Assembly: GCA_965367015.1 (NCBI GenBank) | Contig: CBDUGY010000002.1 | Span: 30,432-94,431, forward strand | Direction: 5' to 3' | DNA: 64,000 nucleotides | Source: an uncultured Ulvibacter sp. | GTDB taxonomy: Bacteria; Bacteroidota; Bacteroidia; Flavobacteriales; Flavobacteriaceae | Translations under genes and position numbers: made by a program | Part shown: positions 10,568 to 19,992 of the stretch, one piece after another | How positions within the stretch are numbered: the stretch's first letter is position 1 | How the letters are laid out: the number at the start of each line of letters is the position of its first letter | Notes under the pieces: generated by a model | Database searches by the model: none | Seen by the model: the letters and a program-made list of their open reading frames with translations, nothing else | Told to the model about the DNA's origin: nothing

Positions 10568-11894
10568 ATTTATAGAAATTATCGAGCAGCTTATCGCCAA
10601 AAAGGACGGTAGCGCACTGCGTGAGCAATTACAAGAACTCCACTTTGCTGATATAGCAGAGTTACTGGAAGAACTTAAAAGTGATGATGCTACCTATCTC
10701 GTTAAGTTACTGGAAACGGATCTTAGTTCAGAAGCTCTTATGGAGCTGGACGATGATGTACGTGAAAAAATTCTAGACCGGCTCTCTCCTAAAGAGATTG
10801 CAAATGAGTTGGAAGAAATGGATACCGATGATGCGGCCGATATTATAGCCGAATTAGATGAGGATATTCAGAAAAAGGTTATCGATAAGATTCAGGATGA
10901 AGAACATGCCGCAGATATCGTAGAGCTTTTAAATTATGCTGAAGATACTGCGGGAGCGCTGATGGCAAAAGAATTAGTTCAAGTGAAGGAAACCTGGACT
11001 GTAGCTGGTTGCGTGCGCGAAATGCGCAGACAAGCCGAAAATGTAACCCGCGTTCATTCAATTTATGTAACGAATAAGGAAGGAAAACTAACGGGAAGAC
11101 TAAGCTTAAAAGATTTGCTAACCGCTTCAGAAAAAACTAAGATAAGCGAAGTCTTTATCCCAAAAGTAGATTATGTCACTGTTCATACCGAAAATGAAGA
11201 AGTCGCCAGAATAATGCAAAAATATGATCTTGAGGCAATTCCTGTAGTAGATGAACAAGGCATTCTGGTCGGGCGAATTACCATCGATGATATTGTAGAT
11301 TTTATTAAAGATGAAGCTGAAAAAGATTATCAGATGGCTGCGGGTATATCTAAAGACGTGGAAGCAGATGATAGCATATGGCAGTTAACGCGTGCCCGAC
11401 TTCCTTGGCTGGTTTTAGGACTATTTGGTGGATTAGGAAGTGTATACATCATGCAAGGTTTTGAAGAAGCCTTATCTAAGTTCCCTATACTGTTCTTTTT
11501 TACTCCACTTATAGCGGCGATGGCAGGAAATGTTGGTGTTCAATCGAGTGCCATAATAGTACAAGGATTAGCAAATGACAACGTAAAAGGAAGTCTGTTT
11601 AACAGGCTTCTTAAGGAAGTTGGCCTTGCACTTATCAATGGAACCGCACTAGGATTATTGGTAATTGTGTACGGCTATATTGCTGGTTTAGATCAACTTG
11701 TTGGACTTACCATTGCATTGTCAATGCTTTCAGTAATTATTGTAGCGGCACTTATTGGAACTTTTGTTCCTATTATTCTAGATCGAAGAGGAATTGATCC
11801 TGCCATTGCAACAGGACCATTTATTACTACAAGTAATGATATTTTTGGGATTTTCCTCTTTTTCTACCTGTCGAAAATTATACTCGGATTTTGA
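10545..11894 (+). CDS. mgtE: magnesium transporter MgtE
   Basis: 449 aa. Acidic MgtE_N region, tandem CBS region and a C-terminal 5-TM channel domain (...[10 protein letters not shown]...PFITTSNDI...). Overlaps the rsmA 3' end by 23 nt. Confidence 0.9.
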   Translation: MQFQLTTEFIEIIEQLIAKKDGSALREQLQELHFADIAELLEELKSDDATYLVKLLETDLSSEALMELDDDVREKILDRLSPKEIANELEEMDTDDAADIIAELDEDIQKKVIDKIQDEEHAADIVELLNYAEDTAGALMAKELVQVKETWTVAGCVREMRRQAENVTRVHSIYVTNKEGKLTGRLSLKDLLTASEKTKISEVFIPKVDYVTVHTENEEVARIMQKYDLEAIPVVDEQGILVGRITIDDIVDFIKDEAEKDYQMAAGISKDVEADDSIWQLTRARLPWLVLGLFGGLGSVYIMQGFEEALSKFPILFFFTPLIAAMAGNVGVQSSAIIVQGLANDNVKGSLFNRLLKEVGLALINGTALGLLVIVYGYIAGLDQLVGLTIALSMLSVIIVAALIGTFVPIILDRRGIDPAIATGPFITTSNDIFGIFLFFYLSKIILGF

Positions 11895-12283
11895 CTTCGG
11901 AAAAATATACAAAACAATTTATAGTTCCTTCTGAAGCAATTGATGCGATGAATCATGTAAATAACATCGCTTATTTGCAATGGTGTATTGATATAGCCGA
12001 AGTTCATTGGCTTTCTAAAACTTCTGAAGCACAGCGAAAAAAGTACCTTTGGGTAGTCCTTAATCATTTTATAAGCTACAAAGCGCCGGCATTTGAGGGT
12101 GACGAACTCGAAATAGTTACCTGGATCGACAAGAATGAAGGTGTAAAAAGTGAACGCCATTATAAAATCAGTCGGCTTAAAGACAACAAAACTATTGTTG
12201 AAGCTCAAACGTTGTGGTGTTTATTAGATGGGAAAACAATGCGTCCTATGGTAATTCCTGAAGAGATAAGTATGATTTTCTAG
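11891..12283 (+). CDS. acyl-CoA thioesterase, 4HBT/YbgC-like hotdog fold
   Basis: 130 aa with a TTG start overlapping the mgtE stop by 4 nt. DAMNHVNNIAYLQW matches the D..GHVNN..Y catalytic region. Starting at the first ATG would delete the first strand of the fold. Confidence 0.65.
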   Translation: MTSEKYTKQFIVPSEAIDAMNHVNNIAYLQWCIDIAEVHWLSKTSEAQRKKYLWVVLNHFISYKAPAFEGDELEIVTWIDKNEGVKSERHYKISRLKDNKTIVEAQTLWCLLDGKTMRPMVIPEEISMIF

Positions 12284-12331
12284 TCAGTATATTGGAAAAT
12301 TTAGTAGGTTTTGTTTTGTACCTTAGCTTCT

Positions 12332-12697
12332 ATGAAACCCATTAACATTCAGCAAAAACTTTCTACTTTCAGCAAACACTGGCATCCACATCAGATTGCG
12401 GTGGTAGATGATATGCAAGTTCTACTTGCCAAAATTAAAGGTGAATTTGTTTGGCATAAACACGAAGATGAAGACGAGTTATTTTACGTACAGAAAGGCA
12501 CACTCGAAATGCATTTCAGGAATAAGGTTGAAATTGTAAAAGAGGGTGAAATAATTGTTGTTCCAAAGGGAGTAGAACATTGTCCGAAGACCCAAAATAA
12601 TGCTGAAGTGCATCTTTTGCTATTTGAAAAACTCTCTACTGCCCATACCGGCAATGTCATTGACGAAAAAACCCAGACCGAATACCCTAAAATATAA
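12332..12697 (+). CDS. cupin domain protein
   Basis: 121 aa from the ATG at 12332. Cupin motifs are WHKHEDEDELFYV.KG and VVPKGVEHCP. Confidence 0.7.
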   Translation: MKPINIQQKLSTFSKHWHPHQIAVVDDMQVLLAKIKGEFVWHKHEDEDELFYVQKGTLEMHFRNKVEIVKEGEIIVVPKGVEHCPKTQNNAEVHLLLFEKLSTAHTGNVIDEKTQTEYPKI

Positions 12698-12701
12698 TTT
12701 T

Positions 12702-13640
12702 TTGAAAATACTTCATCTCGATAAAAATCATCCATTATTAATAGCGCAACTCAATGATGCCGGTTTTGTAAATCACGAAGATTACACTTCACCCAAGCAT
12801 GCGATTGAGGAACTCATTGATCATTACGACGGAATTATAATTCGCAGTAGGTTTAAGATCGACAAACAGTTTTTAGATGCTGCCACAAATCTAAAATTCA
12901 TTGCGCGCGTTGGAGCCGGGTTAGAAAGTATAGATCTCCCTTACGCTGAAAAGAAGGGTATTAGTTTATTTTCGGCGCCTGAGGGTAATAGAAATGCCGT
13001 GGCTGAGCACGCCTTGGGGATGCTTTTAGCCCTGTTCAATAATTTGCTCAAAGCCGACGCTGAAGTGCGTCAAGGGCAATGGAATCGGGAAGATAATCGC
13101 GGTATTGAATTACAAGGAAAAACGGTTGGTTTAATAGGATATGGGAATATGGGTAAGGCATTCGCTAAAAAGCTTAAAGGCTTCGATTGTGAAATCTTAT
13201 GCTGTGATATTAAAGAAAATGTTGGTGATGTCAACGCCAAACAAGTTTCGATGGAGATCCTTCAGCAAAAAGCCGACGTTTTGAGTCTACATACACCCTG
13301 GACTCCCCTCACAGATAAAATGGTGTGTACAGAATTTATTCAAAAATTTCAAAAACCATTTTGGTTTATCAATACCGCCAGAGGTAAAAGTGTAATTACT
13401 GAAGATCTCATAGTCGCTTTAAAAAGCGGACAAGTATTAGGGGCTTGTCTGGATGTGTTGGAGTATGAAAAAAGCTCTTTCGAATCGTTATTTACTTCCG
13501 AAGAGCTACCTAAACCCTTGCAGGAATTACTTCAGTTAGAGAATGTGTTGCTGAGTCCGCATATAGCCGGATGGACAGTAGAAAGTAAGGAAAAATTGGC
13601 ACAAGTTATTGTAAATAAGATTCTTGAGAAATTTACATAA
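12702..13640 (+). CDS. D-isomer-specific 2-hydroxyacid dehydrogenase (phosphoglycerate dehydrogenase-like)
   Basis: The track ORF starts at 12600 but overlaps the cupin gene by about 100 nt. An in-frame TTG at 12702 gives MKILHLDKNHP..., a typical start. Has the NAD site GLIGYGNMG, INTARG and SPHIAGWT. Confidence 0.8.
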   Translation: MKILHLDKNHPLLIAQLNDAGFVNHEDYTSPKHAIEELIDHYDGIIIRSRFKIDKQFLDAATNLKFIARVGAGLESIDLPYAEKKGISLFSAPEGNRNAVAEHALGMLLALFNNLLKADAEVRQGQWNREDNRGIELQGKTVGLIGYGNMGKAFAKKLKGFDCEILCCDIKENVGDVNAKQVSMEILQQKADVLSLHTPWTPLTDKMVCTEFIQKFQKPFWFINTARGKSVITEDLIVALKSGQVLGACLDVLEYEKSSFESLFTSEELPKPLQELLQLENVLLSPHIAGWTVESKEKLAQVIVNKILEKFT

Positions 13641-13688
13641 CTTTAGAAGGGTAAAAACTATCTAATTCGGTAATACACCAATAAAAAA

Positions 13689-14096
13689 ATGTACACACCT
13701 AAGACTACAGAAAATGATGCCAATGTGTTGAAATTCCTTGAAACTTTCAAGGAGGAAGAACGGTTCCCTGATTTTCAGGAGTTGTTGAAAATTATGGAAA
13801 ATATATCCGGAGAAAAGGCAAAAATGTGGGGATCATCCATTATTGGCTATGGCAAATACACTTATAGGGGGAAAACTTCAACGGGAGAATGGTTCAAGAT
13901 TGGTTTTTCACCAAGAAAACAGAATATCTCAATTTATGCAATCAGCGGTTTCGAGAAGGAAACGGAGTTAATGCAATCTCTTGGAAAACATAAAACAGGC
14001 AAAGGTTGTTTATACGTCAAAAGATTAGACGACATAGACAGATCGGTGTTAAAGGAATTTTTAAAAAGATCATGGGTTGAAATGAAAAAATGGTAA
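13689..14096 (+). CDS. DUF1801 (YdhG-like) domain protein
   Basis: 135 aa. The pattern ...MWGSSIIGYGKYTYRGKTSTGEWFKIGFSPRKQNISIY... is typical of the family as I recall it. Confidence 0.55.
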   Translation: MYTPKTTENDANVLKFLETFKEEERFPDFQELLKIMENISGEKAKMWGSSIIGYGKYTYRGKTSTGEWFKIGFSPRKQNISIYAISGFEKETELMQSLGKHKTGKGCLYVKRLDDIDRSVLKEFLKRSWVEMKKW

Positions 14097-14106
14097 ATAT
14101 ATAAGT

Positions 14107-14490
14107 ATGAAAACTAGAGTTACGGGTATCGGCGGATTATTCTTTAAATCGAATAACCCCAAAGCGGCTAAAGAATGGTACAAGAAGCATTTAGGCTTTA
14201 ATACAGACGATTATGGTTGTACTTTTTGGTGGAAAGACGAAAACGGAAAGAAGTGTTCGACACAGTGGAGCCCTTTTCCTGAAGACACTAAATACTACGA
14301 TCCATCTAAAAAAGATTTTATGTTCAACTATAGGGTTGAAAACTTAGTGGAACTCCTAAAGGTGCTAAAAAAGGAAGGTGTAACCATAGTTGGGGAGATG
14401 CAAGAGTATGATTACGGGAAATTTGGTTGGATCCTTGATCCCGAAGGAAATAAAATTGAATTATGGGAACCTATAGATAGTGCATTCTGA
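14107..14490 (+). CDS. VOC (glyoxalase/bleomycin-resistance) family protein
   Basis: 127 aa. Starts ...GIGGLFFKSNNPKAAKEWYKKHLGF and ends ...FGWILDPEGNKIELWEP, as in the VOC fold. Confidence 0.7.
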   Translation: MKTRVTGIGGLFFKSNNPKAAKEWYKKHLGFNTDDYGCTFWWKDENGKKCSTQWSPFPEDTKYYDPSKKDFMFNYRVENLVELLKVLKKEGVTIVGEMQEYDYGKFGWILDPEGNKIELWEPIDSAF

Positions 14491-14544
14491 TAATTTTTGT
14501 AGTTTTATGGATATCAATATATAACCAACCAAAAAATTAATATC

Positions 14545-14967
14545 ATGAGTGACGAAAACAACGACAACTTAGGCGATAAAATTGAAAACGAGGCTAATGA
14601 GGCCTCGAACGACGCCAAGGAAACTGCTAAAGAATTTAAAGAAGAAGCCAAAAGTACTGCAAATGAATTCAAAGAGAGCTGGAACCAGGTAACCAATAAT
14701 CAGGATAATAAGAAAATGATTGCCGGTATTCTTGCGATTGTTTTGGGAGCCTTCGGTGTTCATAAGTTCATTCTGGGTTATAATAAAGAAGGGATCATTT
14801 TATTGGTGGTAAGCTTAATAGGGGTCGTAACTACCTGTATAATCATTGGTAGTTTTATTCTAATGGCTACAGGAATTGTAGGGCTAATTGAGGGTATAAT
14901 TTATCTGACCAAAAGTGATGAAGAGTTCTTTGAAACTTATCAAAAGAACAAAAAACCTTGGTTCTAA
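14545..14967 (+). CDS. TM2 domain membrane protein with an acidic repeat N-terminus
   Basis: 140 aa. TM2 motif GILAIVLGAFGVHKFILGY plus a second TM helix. The N-terminus carries repeated A(K/N)EFKE(E/S) units. Confidence 0.7.
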   Translation: MSDENNDNLGDKIENEANEASNDAKETAKEFKEEAKSTANEFKESWNQVTNNQDNKKMIAGILAIVLGAFGVHKFILGYNKEGIILLVVSLIGVVTTCIIIGSFILMATGIVGLIEGIIYLTKSDEEFFETYQKNKKPWF

Positions 14968-14973
14968 AAACCT

Positions 14974-15007
14974 AAAAGCCTTCAGAAAAATGTATGAAGG
15001 CTTTTTT
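14974..15007 (+). terminator. rho-independent terminator after the TM2 gene
   Basis: Arms AAAAGCCTTCA (14974-14984) / TGAAGGCTTTT (14995-15005) with a 10-nt loop and a T-run through 15007. Confidence 0.65.
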
Positions 15008-15026
15008 ATTTAAAAATAACATCGTA

Positions 15027-15038
15027 ATATTGCAATAT
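15027..15038. promoter_or_regulatory. perfect 12-bp palindrome ATATTGCAATAT, candidate ArsR operator overlapping a near-consensus -7 box
   Basis: Perfect dyad 54 nt upstream of the arsR ATG. It overlaps TAATATTG (15025-15032), which matches 5 of the 6 fixed TAnnTTTG positions. A second 8-bp dyad GTGATCAC lies at 15051-15058. Confidence 0.3.
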
Positions 15039-15091
15039 AATAATTAGACAGTGATCACTTTATTAATCAACTGTTTATAATCATTAAAGCC

Positions 15092-15415
15092 ATGGGAGTT
15101 ACAAAACGACACATTCATCCAATGCAGGCAAATAAACTGGCCGACTACGCTAAAGTCTTGTCGAATCCAGCCAGGATCTCTATTCTTAACTACATTGGCG
15201 ACTGCGAAGGTTGTTTGTGCAAGGATATTTCAGAAAAAATTAAACTTTCACAACCTACGACTTCTCAGCATCTGCAGGTAATTAAAAAAGCCGGTTTGTT
15301 AAAAAGTAAGTTTGAAGGAAAGAGCCAATATTATCGAATCAATCTAGACCGTCTGTACGAATTAAAGAATTTATTTCAGGAATTCTTTGAAACGACAGCC
15401 GATAAGTGTAGCTAA
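15092..15415 (+). CDS. arsR: ArsR/SmtB-family metalloregulator
   Basis: 107 aa winged-helix protein (LSNPARISILNYI...LSQPTTSQHLQVIKKAGLL). A Cys cluster DCEGCLCKDI sits at the alpha3 position where the R773-type ArsR As(III) site (ELCVCDL) lies. Confidence 0.8.
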   Translation: MGVTKRHIHPMQANKLADYAKVLSNPARISILNYIGDCEGCLCKDISEKIKLSQPTTSQHLQVIKKAGLLKSKFEGKSQYYRINLDRLYELKNLFQEFFETTADKCS

Positions 15416-15432
15416 TCTTAAATTTTAGAATT

Positions 15433-15924
15433 ATGAAAACTCAAGAATTATTTGAAGTCCTCGAGGCACATAAAGATAAATCACTTCTTTTTGAATACCT
15501 CCCCAACCAGTTGGTTGGCGCTAACTATCATATAACGGAAGTAAAACATATAAAAATCGATTCGGTTGATTGTGGTGCTAATTCCGATACTTGGAATGAA
15601 ACAATCATTCAATTATGGGAAAGCCCTTCCGAATTGGGTAAAACTGAGTTCATGAGCATATTTAAAGCGCTGGGTATTCTTAAAAAAGTAGGAACAATGA
15701 AGTCTTACGATCTTAATTCGGAAGTGAAGTTTGAATATAGCAATGCTTTATTTCATACAGCACAATTATTTGTTAATGATTACGAAATACGCGAGAATAA
15801 TCTTCTGTTTAAATTAGCCGTTGAAAAAACCGATTGTAAGGCGAAAGAAACCTGTGGGGTACCCGAAACCGTTGAAATCTCTGCGGAATCAGCTTGTTGT
15901 GCGCCGGGTGGCGACTGTTGTTAA
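15433..15924 (+). CDS. DUF6428-like protein of ars clusters, with a C-terminal Cys-rich tail
   Basis: 163 aa between arsR and the acetyltransferase. Starts ...LLFEYLPNQLVGANYHITEVK and ends CKAKETCG...SACCAPGGDCC. The family name is from memory only. Confidence 0.5.
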   Translation: MKTQELFEVLEAHKDKSLLFEYLPNQLVGANYHITEVKHIKIDSVDCGANSDTWNETIIQLWESPSELGKTEFMSIFKALGILKKVGTMKSYDLNSEVKFEYSNALFHTAQLFVNDYEIRENNLLFKLAVEKTDCKAKETCGVPETVEISAESACCAPGGDCC

Positions 15925-16428
15925 ATGAAAGTTGAGCTATTAAAAGAAAAGAATTACGAAGAAGTTGCAAGAATTTATTCTGAAGGCATCTCCACCGGAT
16001 TTGCAACATTTGAAACTTTCGCTCCTTCCTGGACTCAATTTAATGAAAAGTTTCTGAAAGTTTGTCGGTATGTTCTCGTGGACCAAGATCGTATACTCGC
16101 ATGGTGTGCCTTAAGTGCTGTCTCGAAGCGAGCTGTTTATAGTGGTGTGGCGGAGGATACAATCTACGTTGACCCAAGGTATCAGGGCAAAGGATTAGGT
16201 CAACTTTTGCTGGCACATCTAATTAATGAAAGTGAACATAATGGATTTTGGTCGCTTCAGGCCGGCATTTTTCCAGAAAATATCGCAAGTATAAAGCTAC
16301 ACGAAAACTGTGGTTTCCGAATCGTTGGAATTCGCGAGAAAATTGCACAACGCGAAGGGAAATGGTATGACAATGTAATTATGGAGCGCAGGAGTATAAT
16401 TGTTGGTACTCCTAATAAAGAAAAGTAA
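15925..16428 (+). CDS. GNAT acetyltransferase, phosphinothricin-acetyltransferase/ArsN1-like
   Basis: 167 aa, ATG directly after the previous stop. PAT-family pattern: IYSEGISTGFATFE...AVYSGVAEDTIYVDPRYQGKGLG..LL...N.ASIKLHENCGF...G....KWYDNVIMER. Confidence 0.7.
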   Translation: MKVELLKEKNYEEVARIYSEGISTGFATFETFAPSWTQFNEKFLKVCRYVLVDQDRILAWCALSAVSKRAVYSGVAEDTIYVDPRYQGKGLGQLLLAHLINESEHNGFWSLQAGIFPENIASIKLHENCGFRIVGIREKIAQREGKWYDNVIMERRSIIVGTPNKEK

Positions 16429-16467
16429 GTTTAACATAAAAAGATACCCGTTTTCGCGGGAAATTGT

Positions 16468-16890
16468 ATGAAAAAAGTTTTAGTCCTTTGTACTGGTAAC
16501 AGCTGTCGCAGCCAGATGGCACATGGATATCTCGAAAAATTTTCTGAAGGAAAAGCAACTATTTACAGTGCTGGAATAGAAACTCATGGTCTCAATCCCG
16601 GCGCCGTAGAGACTATGGCAGAAGATGGAATAGATATTTCACATCACACCTCAAATCATGTAGATGAATACGATGGTATTGAATGGGATTTTATTATCAC
16701 TGTTTGTGATCATGCCTACGAAAACTGTCCCTACATCGCTGCACCTAAGGCAAAAAGATTACATCAAAATTTTTATGACCCCTCGAAATTCGTTGGTAAT
16801 AAACAAGAAATGAGAGAAGCTTTTGCGAAAGCGAGAGACGAAATAAAGGCCTATTGCAAGATTTTTGTAGCCGAAAACCTACCTGTTTAG
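16468..16890 (+). CDS. arsC: arsenate reductase, LMW-PTPase/thioredoxin-coupled type
   Basis: 140 aa. P-loop CTGNSCRSQMA plus a downstream Cys pair VCDHAYENCP with the 7-residue spacing of pI258-type ArsC. Confidence 0.85.
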   Translation: MKKVLVLCTGNSCRSQMAHGYLEKFSEGKATIYSAGIETHGLNPGAVETMAEDGIDISHHTSNHVDEYDGIEWDFIITVCDHAYENCPYIAAPKAKRLHQNFYDPSKFVGNKQEMREAFAKARDEIKAYCKIFVAENLPV

Positions 16891-17004
16891 TTTCGAAACT
16901 ACGTATAACTACTTACAATACAGCTTATTATATTTTGTATATTTAACTAACTAACAGAACCTACTTCTTTAGAGAAGATGTTCAACCATAAAACACATTA
17001 AATT

Positions 17005-17520
17005 ATGAAAACTTTTAAGCTCAAAATGCTAATTATATTGGCATTAACTATGACGTACTCTGTATCGAGTGCCCAGAATGCGACGTTAGAATTTAAAAAT
17101 GCAGAAGCTTCGGTAAAAATTGTAAAAGATTATGTAGCTGCGCTGCAAAGTGGTGACGCCTCAAAGATGACTTCATACCTGGCTGAAAATGCCATGGTTT
17201 ACGGTCTTGGAGGCGGGCAAGACTCGTTAACCACTAAACAACATCGTGAGTATTTTACAGAAAGTATTAAGAACTACAAACATTCTATTTCCAATGACCT
17301 TTACCTTCCTGTTAAGGTTACTGAAAATTGGAATGAAGGAGAATGGGTCTTGACTTGGGGAGTTAATACAATTACCAATAAAGAAAATGGAAAGGTATCC
17401 ACAGTTCGGTATCATACTGCTAGTACGGTTGAAAATGGAAAAATTTCCCGTATTGTCTATTATTATGATATGAGTAATCTACTAGTGTCACAAGGTTGGT
17501 CGCTAACACCCCCTAAATGA
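17005..17520 (+). CDS. secreted SnoaL/NTF2-like protein
   Basis: 171 aa with a signal peptide (LIILALTMTYSVSSAQ). The NTF2-like start is KIVKDYVAALQSGDASKMTSYLAENAMVYG. Confidence 0.5.
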   Translation: MKTFKLKMLIILALTMTYSVSSAQNATLEFKNAEASVKIVKDYVAALQSGDASKMTSYLAENAMVYGLGGGQDSLTTKQHREYFTESIKNYKHSISNDLYLPVKVTENWNEGEWVLTWGVNTITNKENGKVSTVRYHTASTVENGKISRIVYYYDMSNLLVSQGWSLTPPK

Positions 17521-17536
17521 ACATATATTTTAATTA

Positions 17537-17573
17537 AAAACCTCATCGAGAAGCATCTTAATGAGGTTTTTTT
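17537..17573 (+). terminator. rho-independent terminator after the SnoaL-like gene
   Basis: Arms AAAACCTCAT (17537-17546) / ATGAGGTTTT (17561-17570) followed by a T-run. Confidence 0.65.
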
Positions 17574-17741
17574 ATTTTAGATGAATGGTTTTGTATTTTA
17601 ATCTGTTACATTGAAGTACTTTTTAGCGACATAATTTCAATAACACCCATCTCTTACCAGCGACTTTGTTTACTTTTATTTACATTTTTGAATTCAGCTA
17701 ACTAATTCTTGGCAATAATTTATAAAACAACATAAAAAAAT

Positions 17742-18077
17742 ATGACAGCTAAATCAACTAACTGGACCAAAACTGAATTGCAAACGTATATTTTATTACT
17801 CTGCGCAAATGCCGACGAAGATGAAAGTGAAGAAGAACTAGCAATGATAAAATCTAAGGTTTCTAAAGACACTTTCGATAAAATATACAAGCAATTTAGC
17901 AAAGATTCCGAAAAGAAAAGACTTAAAAGAGTGGATAGAAATATTCATATGCATATGTACAGTAGTAAAGAGCTCTCCGATTTTCGAAGAGAGGTATATG
18001 AGATTTTCTTTGCAGACTGTAATTTTACCATGATGGAAAAAAGACTGGATTGGACTTTAGACAATATTTTATATTAA
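17742..18077 (+). CDS. hypothetical small protein, possibly TerB-like
   Basis: 111 aa. LLLCANADEDESEEELAMIKSKV resembles the A.aDG..s.eE core of TerB-like helical bundles. Weak. Confidence 0.35.
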   Translation: MTAKSTNWTKTELQTYILLLCANADEDESEEELAMIKSKVSKDTFDKIYKQFSKDSEKKRLKRVDRNIHMHMYSSKELSDFRREVYEIFFADCNFTMMEKRLDWTLDNILY

Positions 18078-18306
18078 AGCCAGTTTGAAAAAATTAAAAG
18101 ACCCGGTAAATTTTCATAATGTATTGCCTTCTATCTATAATTTGGCAGGCTTCAAAATCGCTCTTTTCTATCTGATGAGTTGAACAAGGGATTGTGGGCA
18201 CAACCTTGAAATGGTAGTATAAAATTTATCACTAGCATTTGATATCAAGAAAAGTTGGTTCAGTCATTAAATCTTATATTTATTCAATATTACTAAACAA
18301 CTAATT

Positions 18307-19836
18307 ATGTTTTCTTTAAAGAATATTTTCGTCCTTGCTTTATTCATAAGCTTCATTTCATGTAAAGACACTCAGGAGTCCAAAGACCAATTGGGAACAG
18401 TCCGTATCAATGTTACCGGATCAGAAGCAGCGAAGCAACAGTTTGAAAAAGGGCTCTTACTTTTACATTCTTTTGAATACGAAGATGCCCGGGAGGCATT
18501 TCAGAAAGCACAAAAATTAGATCCAGCAATGCCGATGGCTTACTGGGGTGAGGCTATGACACATAACCACAGCCTTTGGTCGGAACAGGATTTTGAAGAG
18601 GCCGATAAGGTACTGGCTAATCTGGATAATATTGATTATCACAGTAGTTGCAGTCAGCTTGAACAAGATTTGATTGCTGCAATTCATATATTGTATAAGC
18701 CAAAAATGGATAAGCCCGATAGAGATATAGCGTATTCAGATTTTATGGAAAAGCTAGTCGAAAAATATCCAAAAAACCACGAAGTAGCTGCTTTTTATGC
18801 CTTATCCCTGTTGGGTTCTGTGCAAGAGGGACGTGATGACGAAATTTATGGAAAAGGGGCAATAATTGCACAGGGGATCTTGGAAGAAAATCCGAAACAT
18901 CCCGGAGCACTGCACTACCTTATTCATTCATACGATGATCCCGGGCACGCAACCCTAGCAATTGATGCAGCCCATGCTTATTCTAAAGTTGCTCCCGATG
19001 CAAGTCATGCCTTACACATGCCTTCTCATATCTTCGTAGCCATGGGAATGTGGGACAACGTAATAGCATCTAACATTGATTCGTATCAAGCTAGTCTTGA
19101 CAGAATGCTTCGAAAGAATCTCGATGGCGACGCCAGAGGGTATCATGCGTTTCATTGGCTGGAATATGGTTATCTCCAAAACAATCAAAAAGAAGAAGCT
19201 AAGTCTATGGTTCAGGAAATGTTCGAATTCACTAAAGAAAAACCTTCAATACGCACGCGGATTCATATGGTGTTTCTGAAGGGCACTTATTTGGTAGAAA
19301 CCAGTGAATGGAATAGTGATATAGCAGAGATTCCTGTGGATATAAGTGACCTAAATATTTCAGTGCGCTCGCAGTATTATTTTTTGGAAGGGATGAAAGC
19401 TTATGCGAATTCGAATGTTAAAAAATTAGACGATGTAATTGGAATGATGGAAAAAGACCTCGACAGAGAAACTTTCGTACTGGCACAAGGCAGCGCAAAT
19501 CTATGTTCAAATGTAAGTCGGGAGGAAGCCACACAGAGAGATCTTGTTGAAGGGAAAATTAGAATGAGTCAACTGAAAGGATTACTTGCCGATTTGAACT
19601 CCGACATAGTTAAGGCTGAAGAGTATTTCCTTACATCTATCGATCTAAATAATAGCATCAGCTATAGTTACGGACCACCGCATATTCAGAAGCCCACTCA
19701 CGAACTATATGCCGATTGGCTCTTGAGCCAAAAGCGGTATAAAGATGCGGAAGCACAGTATGAATTGGCCTTAAAATTAGCGCCTAAGAGAAATTTGTTG
19801 ATGCGGGGAATTGAGAATGTGCAACAATACCTTTAA
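18307..19836 (+). CDS. hypothetical lipoprotein with TPR-like repeats
   Basis: 509 aa with a lipobox (LFISFISC). TPR-like pairs occur at both ends (YEDAREAFQKAQKLDP; YKDAEAQYELALKLAP). Confidence 0.55.
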   Translation: MFSLKNIFVLALFISFISCKDTQESKDQLGTVRINVTGSEAAKQQFEKGLLLLHSFEYEDAREAFQKAQKLDPAMPMAYWGEAMTHNHSLWSEQDFEEADKVLANLDNIDYHSSCSQLEQDLIAAIHILYKPKMDKPDRDIAYSDFMEKLVEKYPKNHEVAAFYALSLLGSVQEGRDDEIYGKGAIIAQGILEENPKHPGALHYLIHSYDDPGHATLAIDAAHAYSKVAPDASHALHMPSHIFVAMGMWDNVIASNIDSYQASLDRMLRKNLDGDARGYHAFHWLEYGYLQNNQKEEAKSMVQEMFEFTKEKPSIRTRIHMVFLKGTYLVETSEWNSDIAEIPVDISDLNISVRSQYYFLEGMKAYANSNVKKLDDVIGMMEKDLDRETFVLAQGSANLCSNVSREEATQRDLVEGKIRMSQLKGLLADLNSDIVKAEEYFLTSIDLNNSISYSYGPPHIQKPTHELYADWLLSQKRYKDAEAQYELALKLAPKRNLLMRGIENVQQYL

Positions 19837-19992
19837 AGTTAGATTAGAAAAAAACTAGCAGAGAATTCTAAAGATTTATATTTGCCATTATAGCATCCAT
19901 ATTTGAAAAAATCATTTTGAAATTATTTCCAATGAGCACATATCCGGTTTGTTAACCGTAATTATTGAGCAAATGTGTAGTTGAATCATTAT

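Noticed and set aside
12600-12701. Track start of the dehydrogenase ORF at 12600, adding 34 residues (MLKCIFCYLKNSLLPIPAMSLTKKPRPNTLKYNF).
   Set aside because: The extension overlaps the 3' end of the cupin gene in another frame and does not look like protein sequence. The in-frame TTG at 12702 gives the typical MKILHLDKNHP start.
16888-16901. 14-bp perfect palindrome TAGTTTCGAAACTA that includes the arsC stop codon, considered as a terminator.
   Set aside because: The stem is A/T-rich, the loop would be at most 4 nt, and no T-run follows. It is not convincing as an intrinsic terminator and has no other supporting context.
18172-18211. Hammerhead-ribozyme-like core: CTGATGA (18172-18178), a possible stem II GTTG...CAAC, then GAAA (18208-18211), in the 229-nt spacer upstream of the TPR lipoprotein gene.
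   Set aside because: Three extra nucleotides (CTT) separate the stem II 3' strand from GAAA. I could not build stems I or III, or a cleavage-site triplet, around it. The 7-mer CTGATGA is expected several times by chance in 128 kb of two-strand sequence.
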